Origin: a virus
Taxonomy: Duplodnaviria; Caudoviricetes
Direction: 5' to 3' (one strand)
Virus record (IMG/VR): IMGVR_UViG_3300037584_003288
Location: 1-61,644 of that record
DNA length: 61,644 bases
Shown here: positions 9,506 to 17,715 of the stretch, piece by piece
How the letters are laid out: every line of letters begins with the position of its first letter
How positions within the stretch are numbered: position 1 is the stretch's first letter
Notes under the pieces: model-generated
Seen by the model: only the letters and a program-made list of their open reading frames with translations
Told to the model about the DNA's origin: nothing
The model's database searches: none
Program-made: the position numbers and the translations under genes

Positions 9506-10846
9506 TTACGCAGCAGGTGTGGTGCTGTCGCGCTTGAAGAGGATGACGAACCCGCAGTCAGTCTTGATAGGCTTGGAAGCACTAGCAAGAATTCCACGGA
9601 AGTATCCGAGCGTCCCGTCTGGATTGGATACGTTGTCCTTGTTGTTGGTCCACGAAAATTTTCCGCGATAATTAACAGGATCGAACGTAACTCCGCTTCC
9701 ACCAGAGAATGGGTTAGGAATCTGGGACTCCATAACTTCTGGGTGGAGGACGTAGGCAGCTTCGTAACTAGCAGAGTCGTAAGACGCATTGATAGTAGTC
9801 AACTGACCGGAAGCAACCACATAAGGCATTTGCCTTGTTACGGTAGCTCCAGAAATACCAAACCTAGGTGCGAGGTCGTCAATCAGGTGGTAGAAACCAC
9901 GGAAGGACTTCTCAACACCGAGCGGTGCGATCAACTCAGATACCCGAGCGTTGTTGTAACGCACATCGTCGCGGAATCCTGCTTCGGTCTGAAGCTGGTA
10001 GGATGCCTCGGAAGACATAACCGCAGCGAATACTGGCCGACCGTTCTCACGACCGTAAGCATTGTTACCAGCGCCTTTGCGAACAAGATTGAAGTAAATC
10101 TTATCCATGATGGCGTTGGAGATGTTAGCGGTTGGGGTTACATCAGAGTTACCTGCGCCCGACTTTTGGGGGTCAAGTGCTGTAATCTGAACTCCCTCGA
10201 ACGAGTCGTCTGCTGTGTTGTCCGAATCCGCGTCGACCGTGGTGAGGATTGGGGTCGAAGCTGCGAGACAGGGAACAAGGTTGGATGAAAGCCGCTCGAA
10301 CTCGTCACGATAACGGTTTTCCCAAGTGTAACGGGTAGCCTCGGTCATGCGATCCATGATCGCCCGAAGCTGCTCAGTACGATGGGCAGCAAAACGGAGG
10401 TCTTCCGTTGACAGTTTCGGGGACTCAATGATGGTCCGCTGAATGCTGTATTGCTTGAGCTGCTTTGCAAACGCGACGTTAGCCCGCTCGTCGTTGGATG
10501 CGTGCGTGCCTTGAGCCCCGCCTACGTTCTCGGCGGAATCCTTGAGGCCCTGCCCGAGAGTGTTGGTGAATGCGTTGGCACCCAGTTCATTACCCATGTC
10601 GCTCCAAGTTACACCTTCAGCGCTCGCTGTGGTGTGGGGGATGGCGCGGTCATAGATCAAAGTGGTCTGGGTGTAACCCATTCCATCTTGAAACGCGGTT
10701 TGCTTGATGAGGTCCATCCAAGGAGACGTATGGAGGGTGCGAGAATAGATGTCCTGACCGATGCGATTTGCCTCCTCGGTAAGAACTGTGTTAATTAGGT
10801 CGGTTCCGTCAACGGTACCAGACGAAGTGTTATTAATGAGAGCCAT
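9506..10846 (-). CDS. Major capsid protein
   Basis: ~446 aa (likely start MALINN at 10846). Follows portal and scaffold, has an upstream promoter and downstream terminator, and its size and composition fit an HK97-fold MCP. Confidence 0.82.
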   Translation of the reverse strand: MALINNTSSGTVDGTDLINTVLTEEANRIGQDIYSRTLHTSPWMDLIKQTAFQDGMGYTQTTLIYDRAIPHTTASAEGVTWSDMGNELGANAFTNTLGQGLKDSAENVGGAQGTHASNDERANVAFAKQLKQYSIQRTIIESPKLSTEDLRFAAHRTEQLRAIMDRMTEATRYTWENRYRDEFERLSSNLVPCLAASTPILTTVDADSDNTADDSFEGVQITALDPQKSGAGNSDVTPTANISNAIMDKIYFNLVRKGAGNNAYGRENGRPVFAAVMSSEASYQLQTEAGFRDDVRYNNARVSELIAPLGVEKSFRGFYHLIDDLAPRFGISGATVTRQMPYVVASGQLTTINASYDSASYEAAYVLHPEVMESQIPNPFSGGSGVTFDPVNYRGKFSWTNNKDNVSNPDGTLGYFRGILASASKPIKTDCGFVILFKRDSTTPAA

Positions 10847-10918
10847 TGTAAAATGAGAGTTGTGCCCCCACGACATGTGGGTGCGGAATTAAAAAGAAGT
10901 TTTCGGGCGAAGGCGGAA

Positions 10919-11019
10919 GTAGAACTATTTATGGCAGAGCAGCCGGGGCCTATCTATGTGGGTGAGACAACGCTCGTTTTACTCCGCAGCTTGTAGAACT
11001 ATTTATGGCTAGAGCAACC
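10919..11019 (-). repeat. Duplicated motif in the capsid-gene leader
   Basis: GTAGAACTATTTATGGC(T)AGAGCARCC at 10919-10944 and 10993-11019, with a 17-nt identical core. Confidence 0.9.
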
Positions 11020-11035
11020 AGCTACGAGGTGTGCC

Positions 11036-11065
11036 TATATAAACTTATAGGTACACATATGTCAA
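11036..11065 (-). promoter_or_regulatory. Sigma70-like promoter for the capsid gene
   Basis: Perfect TTGACA (11065-11060), then 17-18 nt, then TTATAT/TATATA. Overlapped by inverted repeat GTGCCTATA/TATAGGTAC. Confidence 0.55.
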
Positions 11066-11074
11066 CACCCTAGT

Positions 11075-12322
11075 TTAACTAGCGAACGCGGCGTTCACAG
11101 CATCCTCAAAACTCATGTCTGCTGGGGGGCTGCTTCCCGCTTCGTTTGCAGTTACGGCTGCGCCGCTAGTGGAGGACGGTTCGGCGTTTTCATAAGAAGC
11201 GAGGCGGTCGGTTAGCAGCTCAACTTCTTTTCGCATGGAAACGTATTCCTTCACAACTGTAGGAAGAATATTAGACGCGATAGCGTTGTAGGCGTTGTCC
11301 ACTGGGTGGATGGTGTTGGGGTCAGCTTTAGCCGCTGCCTCAGTAGCCGTAGCCATGTCGAAACCTTCTATAGCCTTTAAAAATGGGAGTTTTTCCGTAA
11401 CTCTTTCACTTACTTCCGTAGCGACTTGGGACCTAATCTTAACCTCCTGCGCTATTTTTTCGTTAGTTCTTTGCTCGTCTGCTTCTTTTGCCTCGGCAAC
11501 TGCTTGCTCTACGTTCTCGTACATGGCTTGCCGCATCTCCATAATAGGCTCTACACTATCGACTACACGGTAGATACGCGCCTTGTCTCGATCGCTCGCC
11601 ACACTTAGTAAATCTGCTAGGGCTTTGTCTTGCTCAGCTTCATCCTCCATAGCCACGGCGTCGATAAGAGCTTCAGAATCAATGCCATACTTCTCGGCTA
11701 CAGCTTCTGTTTGTTCTAGAAGCTCGTGCAGTGGTTCAGTAACCCGGTTTTTATAAGCTTCTGTTTCTTCCAAGTTATTGAACATTTTTTCTTGTTCATA
11801 CTCAGCAAGCTTTTCTTGCAGGGCTTTCGGGTCTTCTGCTTCGTTTAGGGCGGTTAGCTCTTTGATCTGAGCCTCGTGTTCAAGATTTTTTTGCCGCAGA
11901 GTCTCTAACTCAGAAGAGCTGTTCTTTAACTCTTCTTTGAGTTGTTTAAACCGGTTAGCCGCTTTTGGGGTCCAGTCATCCCCAATATCTTCGCTCAAAT
12001 CATCTAGGGGCGTTTTATCCGAGTCGTCTGATTCGGGCTCAGGTTCTGGTTCGGGTTCTGTCGCGGGTTCTGGTTCTGTCGCGGGTTCTGGTTCTGTCGC
12101 GGGTTCTGGTTCTGTCGCGGGTTCTGGTTCCGACTGGGTCTGGGCTTCGGGCGATTGCTCAGAAGCTGCTTCCATTTTAGACAGCGCATTTTCAAGGGCA
12201 TCCGTAAAACTTAAGGTGTCTGCATCAGGTTCAGGTAGGGCCTGAACCATGTCAGATGGCTCGTTCTGATTTTCTTCAGACTGCTGTGGTGCGTCGGTAA
12301 CGGCTGCGGCTTCTTCGCTCAT
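11075..12322 (-). CDS. Capsid scaffolding protein
   Basis: 415 aa, very acidic and coiled-coil, with EPEPAT repeats. Lies between portal and MCP. Confidence 0.75.
   Translation of the reverse strand: MSEEAAAVTDAPQQSEENQNEPSDMVQALPEPDADTLSFTDALENALSKMEAASEQSPEAQTQSEPEPATEPEPATEPEPATEPEPATEPEPEPEPESDDSDKTPLDDLSEDIGDDWTPKAANRFKQLKEELKNSSSELETLRQKNLEHEAQIKELTALNEAEDPKALQEKLAEYEQEKMFNNLEETEAYKNRVTEPLHELLEQTEAVAEKYGIDSEALIDAVAMEDEAEQDKALADLLSVASDRDKARIYRVVDSVEPIMEMRQAMYENVEQAVAEAKEADEQRTNEKIAQEVKIRSQVATEVSERVTEKLPFLKAIEGFDMATATEAAAKADPNTIHPVDNAYNAIASNILPTVVKEYVSMRKEVELLTDRLASYENAEPSSTSGAAVTANEAGSSPPADMSFEDAVNAAFAS
12054..12130. repeat. 18-bp tandem repeat x4 (encodes EPATEP)
   Basis: Four exact copies of GGTTCTGTCGCGGGTTCT plus a partial copy. 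Confidence 0.95.
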
Positions 12323-12615
12323 GACTCAATGTGGGTCCACTCGTCGGGATGTTGTGTACTGGATTTTGTATTCGTGATCTTCGATAATTTATGAAGATCG
12401 TTAAATGCATCTCTATAGCCTGCATACCATGCATGGCGGATGCTATTGTGGTCTTGATCCTGCAAAGTATTGAACGAAGGTCCAGCTATTTCTTTAAGAA
12501 CCGCTACAGCTTTTCTAAAAGTGTCTGTCTGTAGGATCTCTTGAAGCTCTTTTACCGCTGCCGTATCCCCGTACCAATGGTCTACCGGGATGGGGGGAGT
12601 TATTTGTTTAGCCAT
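12319..12615 (-). CDS. Hypothetical protein
   Basis: 98-aa ORF overlapping both neighbours. Confidence 0.75.
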   Translation of the reverse strand: MAKQITPPIPVDHWYGDTAAVKELQEILQTDTFRKAVAVLKEIAGPSFNTLQDQDHNSIRHAWYAGYRDAFNDLHKLSKITNTKSSTQHPDEWTHIES

Positions 12616-12943
12616 GTGTAGAATTTTTTTCGCGCTCTTCTTTAAGCATACCTAGCGCAAGTATGGCGTAATTGACAATATCGTGGCAGGCGTCTTCTAC
12701 ACTCTCGTCAGGCACCTGCAACTCTTTATCATTAACGAATGATCTTATTCTTTGGATCTTGTCTAGTACTCGCATAAGGAGCCCGTGTACCGGGTGAATA
12801 CCTATTACCGTACTAGATTTAAAATTAGCGAACGGGTCTGTAGATCCACGCCCTCCCGTGTAATCTGAATTTTTTGTCCGCATGATCTCCTTACACACAG
12901 TGCAAGTATCATCATGGAGCTGGAGAAGTTCTTTAGAGGTCAC
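12608..12943 (-). CDS. DUF1599-like (nucleotide-modification-associated, MazG-like helical) protein
   Basis: KNSDY...DPFANF...LMRVLDKIQRI...ESVEDACHDIVNYAIL motif pattern. Confidence 0.75.
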   Translation of the reverse strand: MTSKELLQLHDDTCTVCKEIMRTKNSDYTGGRGSTDPFANFKSSTVIGIHPVHGLLMRVLDKIQRIRSFVNDKELQVPDESVEDACHDIVNYAILALGMLKEEREKNSTHG

Positions 12944-15149
12944 TGTTCTCGCGGAACTCTAGAGCGGCCTTGGCGTCTCGCAAAGCCATTTCTTGCTCAT
13001 GTTTCCTCTGCTTGATAGCCATATCAAGCTCCGCTTTCTCTTGGGCAATCTGCATCTTAACCTGATGCTCCATCATTTTTGCGTCGGGTTGTTGGGGAGC
13101 TTCTTGTCCCTCGGCCTCGGCTTGTTGCGCTTGATCCCGTTGAATTTTTTGTTGGGCTTTGGCGGTGTTGTTAATTGCTTCTTCTGCAAACTGTAGAACT
13201 TGGTTTGTTTGTCCAACAATACTTTCAAGAGCCGGGTCGCCCACGGCTAGTTGTACCGTTTGGCTAATGTGCTCATAGAAAGCTTGGAGCACTGGCATTA
13301 CTTGCATGGGGTCAGCCTGCCCTGAATTTATCTGCTGGATAACTTCAGCAAGTGCCGGGGTGTGGATTTCTAGATGGGTGCCGTGTAGCTCGTTGCCCAC
13401 GACAGGAACAGGCTGGCCCGCCATCAACTGCTGATTCTCAAAGTAGGCAATCTTAAGATCGACAGTCGGGCGCTTCTCGATATCTGCTGGGACGTACCGG
13501 TCAGCGAGGTCATGACCTACTCGGGTAGATACAATGTCGCGGGTAAGGTTTCGTCTACCTACGTCATCGAACTGACCACTGATTCCCTGAAGCTCCCGCA
13601 GAGCTACCATACGGTTGGCGTGACTGCCGTTCCCAATGGACCGAACGGCTTTAGTTCTAGCTACGTCTAGGGTTTTAATAAACTCGGCAGATACTCCCCT
13701 GTCTTCACATCGGCGGAAGAAGTCTTTGATAGCGTTGTCAGGTCGGCTTGTGGTTACGACCCGTCGAACAATCTCGCGAAGGAGCCGGTTCCAAGATGCA
13801 TAGAACAGGTTCAGGGATGCGCCAGACAATCTGGTCGTCACATCCATGTCTGCTACGACCTGCATCTGGTTCCGGTATGGTGAACCCTGATTCGGGCCAT
13901 ACGTGGACACGGTATCAGTGTTCAGTTGCAACTGTTGGGTGAGGTCCTGCAAAGCAGGCTGAACAGCAGTGCCAAGATTCGGGATAGCTTTTTCAACGAT
14001 GTTTACATTCGGACTTAGCACGGCGTATGCGCCGTAGTAAGTGAACTGCAACTCGTCCAGAGACCTTTGGGTTTCGGGTTGGATCATCACCGCAGATGCG
14101 AGCATGGCTCCATCAATCTGCTGGCAACGCAGTCTATTACTGGTCTGTACGTGGGCGAAGATGCGTTGGCCTAGGCCACGAATCGAATGGTATGTACCGT
14201 TGCTGCCGACACCATAGGTGAACATCACGTATGCTTGCTCGGCCTTTGCGTAACGAGAAACTTTCTTATACAGGAAATCTTTAGGGCTGTTCTCAGCCGA
14301 GATGTAGTGGCTCACACTCCCATCCATCTCTTTGACCCAATAATGCAAGACCCGCACCGATGGGTTTTGGATGCCGGTGTACAAGTCGTTGTTCTTCATC
14401 TCGGCCTGCATCTGCTCATAGTCATAGCTGCCGTAGTCTCGACCGTTGGTCGTGGCGTTCTTAGAGATCACTCTTTTTACTTCCTCCACGTTCCAGCCCA
14501 CTTTCTCGGCAACTTGTGGGTCTTTGATGTATGAGTGTAATTCGTGTAGGAGGTAGTTACGCCTACCAATAGCGATGTCAATGCAGTCTTCGTTAGCAGA
14601 GGTCTGTCTAGGAATAAGAATGTCGGTAAACCCACCTACTCGGAACTTCCAATCATCGGGCGAGTCAAAGTAAGCGACCGCCACTCCATGTTTAATAAAC
14701 GTGGTGCAAAGCCTTAGGTAAGCGTTGTGGAACTCAGGCCAGTTCCGCATCAGGTGTGTCAGCTCTTCCGCGACGATTTCTTCCGCCGGTTTGATTTCGC
14801 TCGCCTCTCCTTGCGTTCCACGCACCTCGACGAATCTCTCCAGAGAACTATAAAGGTCAACATAAGCAGACAGAGCCACATCGAGGAGTCGTTGTGCATC
14901 TCCGAAATTTAGGTTTGTTTTTAAGCCCTGACCGCTCGCAGATAGACCGGCGCTACTATATGGGGCTGCGCCGTCAAACATGGCGTCCACCCTAGCTCGG
15001 TTTACCGCTGACCGTTCATCGGCTCTGAGCAGAGTATTAAAAATACCTACGGCACTTTTGACATCTTTAAGACGGGTGGTTACGGGTTTGCCTTCATCTG
15101 TGAGGGCACCCAAATCTAACCCATCAATGTCCAGCGGGTATTCGCTCAT
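12933..15149 (-). CDS. Portal protein
   Basis: 738 aa, first gene of the head module, helical with a Q-rich coiled-coil C-terminus as in podovirus portals. Confidence 0.78.
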   Translation of the reverse strand: MSEYPLDIDGLDLGALTDEGKPVTTRLKDVKSAVGIFNTLLRADERSAVNRARVDAMFDGAAPYSSAGLSASGQGLKTNLNFGDAQRLLDVALSAYVDLYSSLERFVEVRGTQGEASEIKPAEEIVAEELTHLMRNWPEFHNAYLRLCTTFIKHGVAVAYFDSPDDWKFRVGGFTDILIPRQTSANEDCIDIAIGRRNYLLHELHSYIKDPQVAEKVGWNVEEVKRVISKNATTNGRDYGSYDYEQMQAEMKNNDLYTGIQNPSVRVLHYWVKEMDGSVSHYISAENSPKDFLYKKVSRYAKAEQAYVMFTYGVGSNGTYHSIRGLGQRIFAHVQTSNRLRCQQIDGAMLASAVMIQPETQRSLDELQFTYYGAYAVLSPNVNIVEKAIPNLGTAVQPALQDLTQQLQLNTDTVSTYGPNQGSPYRNQMQVVADMDVTTRLSGASLNLFYASWNRLLREIVRRVVTTSRPDNAIKDFFRRCEDRGVSAEFIKTLDVARTKAVRSIGNGSHANRMVALRELQGISGQFDDVGRRNLTRDIVSTRVGHDLADRYVPADIEKRPTVDLKIAYFENQQLMAGQPVPVVGNELHGTHLEIHTPALAEVIQQINSGQADPMQVMPVLQAFYEHISQTVQLAVGDPALESIVGQTNQVLQFAEEAINNTAKAQQKIQRDQAQQAEAEGQEAPQQPDAKMMEHQVKMQIAQEKAELDMAIKQRKHEQEMALRDAKAALEFRENSDL

Positions 15150-15156
15150 TGTTCAA

Positions 15157-15185
15157 GTGATATCCTTTTGAAACTTAATAGTCAA
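15157..15185 (-). promoter_or_regulatory. Putative leaderless promoter of the portal gene
   Basis: TTGACT-17-TATCAC, 7 nt before ATG 15149. The -10 is imperfect. Confidence 0.4.
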
Positions 15186-15236
15186 TTCTGTAAATTTCAC
15201 TGGACAGGGTGGGGGTCGGCTCATACAAGGAAGGCT

Positions 15237-15452
15237 ATGAAATGGAACTTCATTGCAGCAAGTGCATCATGCATCCTGTTTGGTGTATCATGCTCCACGG
15301 CTGATCTGGGCGGGCAAGTGCCTCTCCCATTTACGTCGCCATCAACGTCGGCCAAGCTGGATCTCGAACTCCGGCCTGTGCCACCAAAATTCTGTATCGG
15401 GCTCGATCTGGTACCGACTGAGCCCGAAACAGGGACTACAGCAGAAAAGTAG
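15237..15452 (+). CDS. Small lipoprotein
   Basis: MKWNFIAASASCILFGVS-C: basic N-terminus, hydrophobic stretch and lipobox-like cysteine; 71 aa. Confidence 0.6.
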   Translation: MKWNFIAASASCILFGVSCSTADLGGQVPLPFTSPSTSAKLDLELRPVPPKFCIGLDLVPTEPETGTTAEK

Positions 15453-15526
15453 GGGTCGATTGTGTGGGGGTGGCCCCGACTTTAACCAACTGGCAGGCAA
15501 CCCAGTTACCCCCACACAGATGCTTT

Positions 15527-15586
15527 ATGGCAAACAAACCAAAACCAAAGGGCACTAAGCCGAAGCCGAAGCCGAAGCCCTATTAA
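15527..15586 (+). CDS. Lys-Pro micro-peptide MANKPKPKGTKPKPKPKPY
   Basis: 19-codon ORF between a hairpin (15461-15518) and a terminator. Confidence 0.35.
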   Translation: MANKPKPKGTKPKPKPKPY

Positions 15587-15590
15587 TTAC

Positions 15591-15628
15591 AAGCCCGCTT
15601 CGGAGTCATAGAGCCGAGGCGGGCTTTT
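15591..15628. terminator. Terminator hairpin between convergent genes
   Basis: AAGCCCGCTTCGG...CCGAGGCGGGCTT-TT. Confidence 0.75.
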
Positions 15629-15683
15629 GTCTATTTCGTCGACATGTTCTGAAAACGTGTCGATTTACCGTGACTCAAGGTTT

Positions 15684-15887
15684 TCACGGGGGTGGGTTGG
15701 GGGAACCTCTAGTATAAATCGTGTTGCCCGAAGGGTGCGAATTCTTAGGGTCGTATATGTGGTGCTCTTTATTAACACCGACGAAACTCTCGTAAACTCG
15801 GAATGCAGCTTCGATTACAAGGCCTGTCAGAACCATTGTAATCGCCACAACCACAAGGGTTTCCATGAATGTGGACGCCTTTTTCAC
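15684..15887 (-). CDS. Prepilin-like small membrane protein
   Basis: GTG start gives MKKA|STFMETLVVVAITMVLTGLVIEAA: class III signal-peptide pattern with Glu at +5 and a hydrophobic helix. Alternative ATG at 15893. Confidence 0.55.
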   Translation of the reverse strand: MKKASTFMETLVVVAITMVLTGLVIEAAFRVYESFVGVNKEHHIYDPKNSHPSGNTIYTRGSPNPPP

Positions 15888-15949
15888 GCCCATACATAAT
15901 ACCCTGTTGTGGGGGCGGGCGTAACTCACCATTCGGGTGATATGTTGGA

Positions 15950-16402
15950 TCAGTCGTCGCCCCAGACACTCTTCACGATCTTGTCTACTGGAACCTGCTT
16001 CCTGATTCCCGATTCGTGTTTCAGGGATACGTATCGTGTATTCCCGCGCATAAACTCTGAGACCATGGATACACGGCCCGCGGTGCGGCCTCGGGGTTCA
16101 GGTTTCACGCAGTAGATGCAGCCATAGGGGGTCACGGCGAACCGTGGGAACTCAGGGATCACCTGAGCCCCCTCGAAGTCAAAGATGTGGGACAGGGACA
16201 GCTCCGGCGTAGGGGCCTCTATGGAGTCGTGGGCGAAGTGTACGCGCTTTCCGTCGTCGTTAGTCAACAGGGTCTTCCAACGGTCGCCATTCCACCATCG
16301 GCGAAGCCGCTTACAGGTCTTCGTGTTAAACACGTAGCCCGAAGGCAAGAGCACATAATCGCGGGCGTTTGGTATCGGTTGGGTCTGGGGGAGTGTATCC
16401 AT
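15950..16402 (-). CDS. Protein with two degenerate NUMOD4-like motifs and no HNH domain
   Basis: IPNARDYVLLPSGYVFN and IPEFPRFAVTPYGCIYC resemble the NUMOD4 pattern IP....Y.VS..G.V. Confidence 0.55.
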   Translation of the reverse strand: MDTLPQTQPIPNARDYVLLPSGYVFNTKTCKRLRRWWNGDRWKTLLTNDDGKRVHFAHDSIEAPTPELSLSHIFDFEGAQVIPEFPRFAVTPYGCIYCVKPEPRGRTAGRVSMVSEFMRGNTRYVSLKHESGIRKQVPVDKIVKSVWGDD

Positions 16403-16430
16403 TCAAGTGTTTTCGTTACCCCCTATATAA

Positions 16431-16500
16431 AAAGTCTCTTCTAGATTCAGTCAAACTTAATTTCTAGAAATTTTGTTGGAGTCCCTCTAGAAGAGACTTT
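16431..16500. repeat. Concentric inverted repeat and palindrome
   Basis: 15-bp perfect arms AAAGTCTCTTCTAGA / TCTAGAAGAGACTTT around a central 14-bp palindrome AATTTCTAGAAATT. Confidence 0.95.
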
Positions 16501-16513
16501 ATAGGTGGGGGGT

Positions 16514-16768
16514 CTACTCCGAAATATTGTTTGAGGCTTTCTTTTGCCGAGCTTTCTTTTGCCGGAGGTCTTTGAGTCTTGCACGGTTTCTTAGGTAGTA
16601 TGCTCGGTTATATGCACGCTTTTTGTCTGCTAATTCGGGGTCGGCTAGGATCTCTAACGCCCTCTGTTTCAGTATCTTAGCCTTGTTAGCAGCATAGTAT
16701 TTACGTTGGTAAGCCTTCCGTGCTTCTTGGTTCTTTAGATAGTATTCGTGCTTCTTCTCGTCACGCAT
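16514..16768 (-). CDS. Small basic protein with YY..N[RKQ] repeats
   Basis: EYYLKNQE / KYYAANKA / AYYLRNRA repeats. Leaderless promoter TTGACT-16-TAAAAC ends 5 nt before ATG 16768. Confidence 0.7.
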   Translation of the reverse strand: MRDEKKHEYYLKNQEARKAYQRKYYAANKAKILKQRALEILADPELADKKRAYNRAYYLRNRARLKDLRQKKARQKKASNNISE

Positions 16769-17079
16769 AACGCGTTTTACCGTGCATTTGGGGGTAGTCA
16801 AATTTTTTCACACAACATACACACACAACACGACGCTGCCACAAAAATGCAGCAGGGGACGGGTGGCGTGGTTCGTGGTTCATGATGCATGTATCAGGCT
16901 CGTGGGCCATACAGGCTCTCTCTGGACCCATAGGGGGTTGTCGAAAGGCCGCCCGAACCGGGTACCCCTCCTCAGGAGGGGAGGAAGGAATCGGAAGCCC
17001 CAGATCACCGGGAGGTGAGAGATCCTCCTCCGAGCCAAAGTCGGGCCTATGCACACTAGGATCTTGGTAACATAAGTGT

Positions 17080-17690
17080 AAAACTCCGTATGAAGGATGC
17101 CTCTTTGCCAACCCTAGCAGTTGGAGACGGGCCACCGGACTCCCGAAAGGGACGCGACAATGGGGTGCGACTAACCATAGTGGTTCATGCTGACGCGTGT
17201 TTGCAAGGTCTAGGATTGACCGATAGTGAACACTCCGAAGTGAAACCAATCGGGAAACCAGAGTTAGTGCATAATCCCGGCGAAAACAGCGGAGCGCCTA
17301 TCACCTGAGATGTGGTGAAGCGTAGCAAGGGTAACGCCTTGTGGAGCAGGAGGGACCTACCTAGTAATGGGACAGCGTAGATCGTTGAGTGAAGTCACTT
17401 CCGAGAGTAACTGATAATCCGTTGGATTCTGGCCTTACAACCCAGAACCGGCTAAGTGGGGACGCCCCCCACCTCTAGGCAGGGATTTCCCGAGCCTACA
17501 TGGACTGTCGCAGGATGGGCCGTGGAGCGGACAGCGCGGATAGAGACTTTTGAATCAGACTTTACCACTTGTTGAGAGTAAGGCTGTTGGCGAGTTGCCA
17601 GAACCGGCAAACCCAGCAGTCCTTGCTCTCACTTGAACCCTGAATCGTGATCCCCGAATCGTGATACAGGAGTCAAGTGAGTGCAAGGAA
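17080..17690 (+). ncRNA. Candidate large structured non-coding RNA / early leader
   Basis: No credible ORF. More than ten stem-loops, including GNRA loops (TCCC-GAAA-GGGA at 17141, CCTA-GTAA-TGGG at 17360). Extended -10 TGGTAACAT at 17065-17073. Boundaries approximate. Confidence 0.6.
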
Positions 17691-17715
17691 CTAACCCTTC
17701 ACTCCATCAAGCAAT

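Noticed and set aside
12054-12130. 18-bp tandem repeat as a CRISPR or regulatory array
   Set aside because: No spacers; it is an in-frame EPATEP linker in the scaffold protein.
16761-17308. Short ORFs across the 16.8-17.3 kb region
   Set aside because: Mutually overlapping, compositionally atypical and coincident with dense RNA structure; treated as non-coding.
17031-17455. RNase P RNA-like words in the right order (GAGCCAAAGTCGGGC, GGTGAAG, GGTAAC...GGAGCAGG, GTAA hairpin then TAGAT, CAGAACCGGCTAA)
   Set aside because: The P4 helix lacks the canonical GAGGAAAGUCC and bulged U, and the CR-I to CR-II spacing is too long. Not called without a covariance-model hit.
17248-17622. Group I intron-like P/Q/R/S words (AATCGGGAAAC, TCCCGAGCC, AGAGACT, AGTCC)
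   Set aside because: Could not build convincing P3/P6 helices or find interrupted exons.
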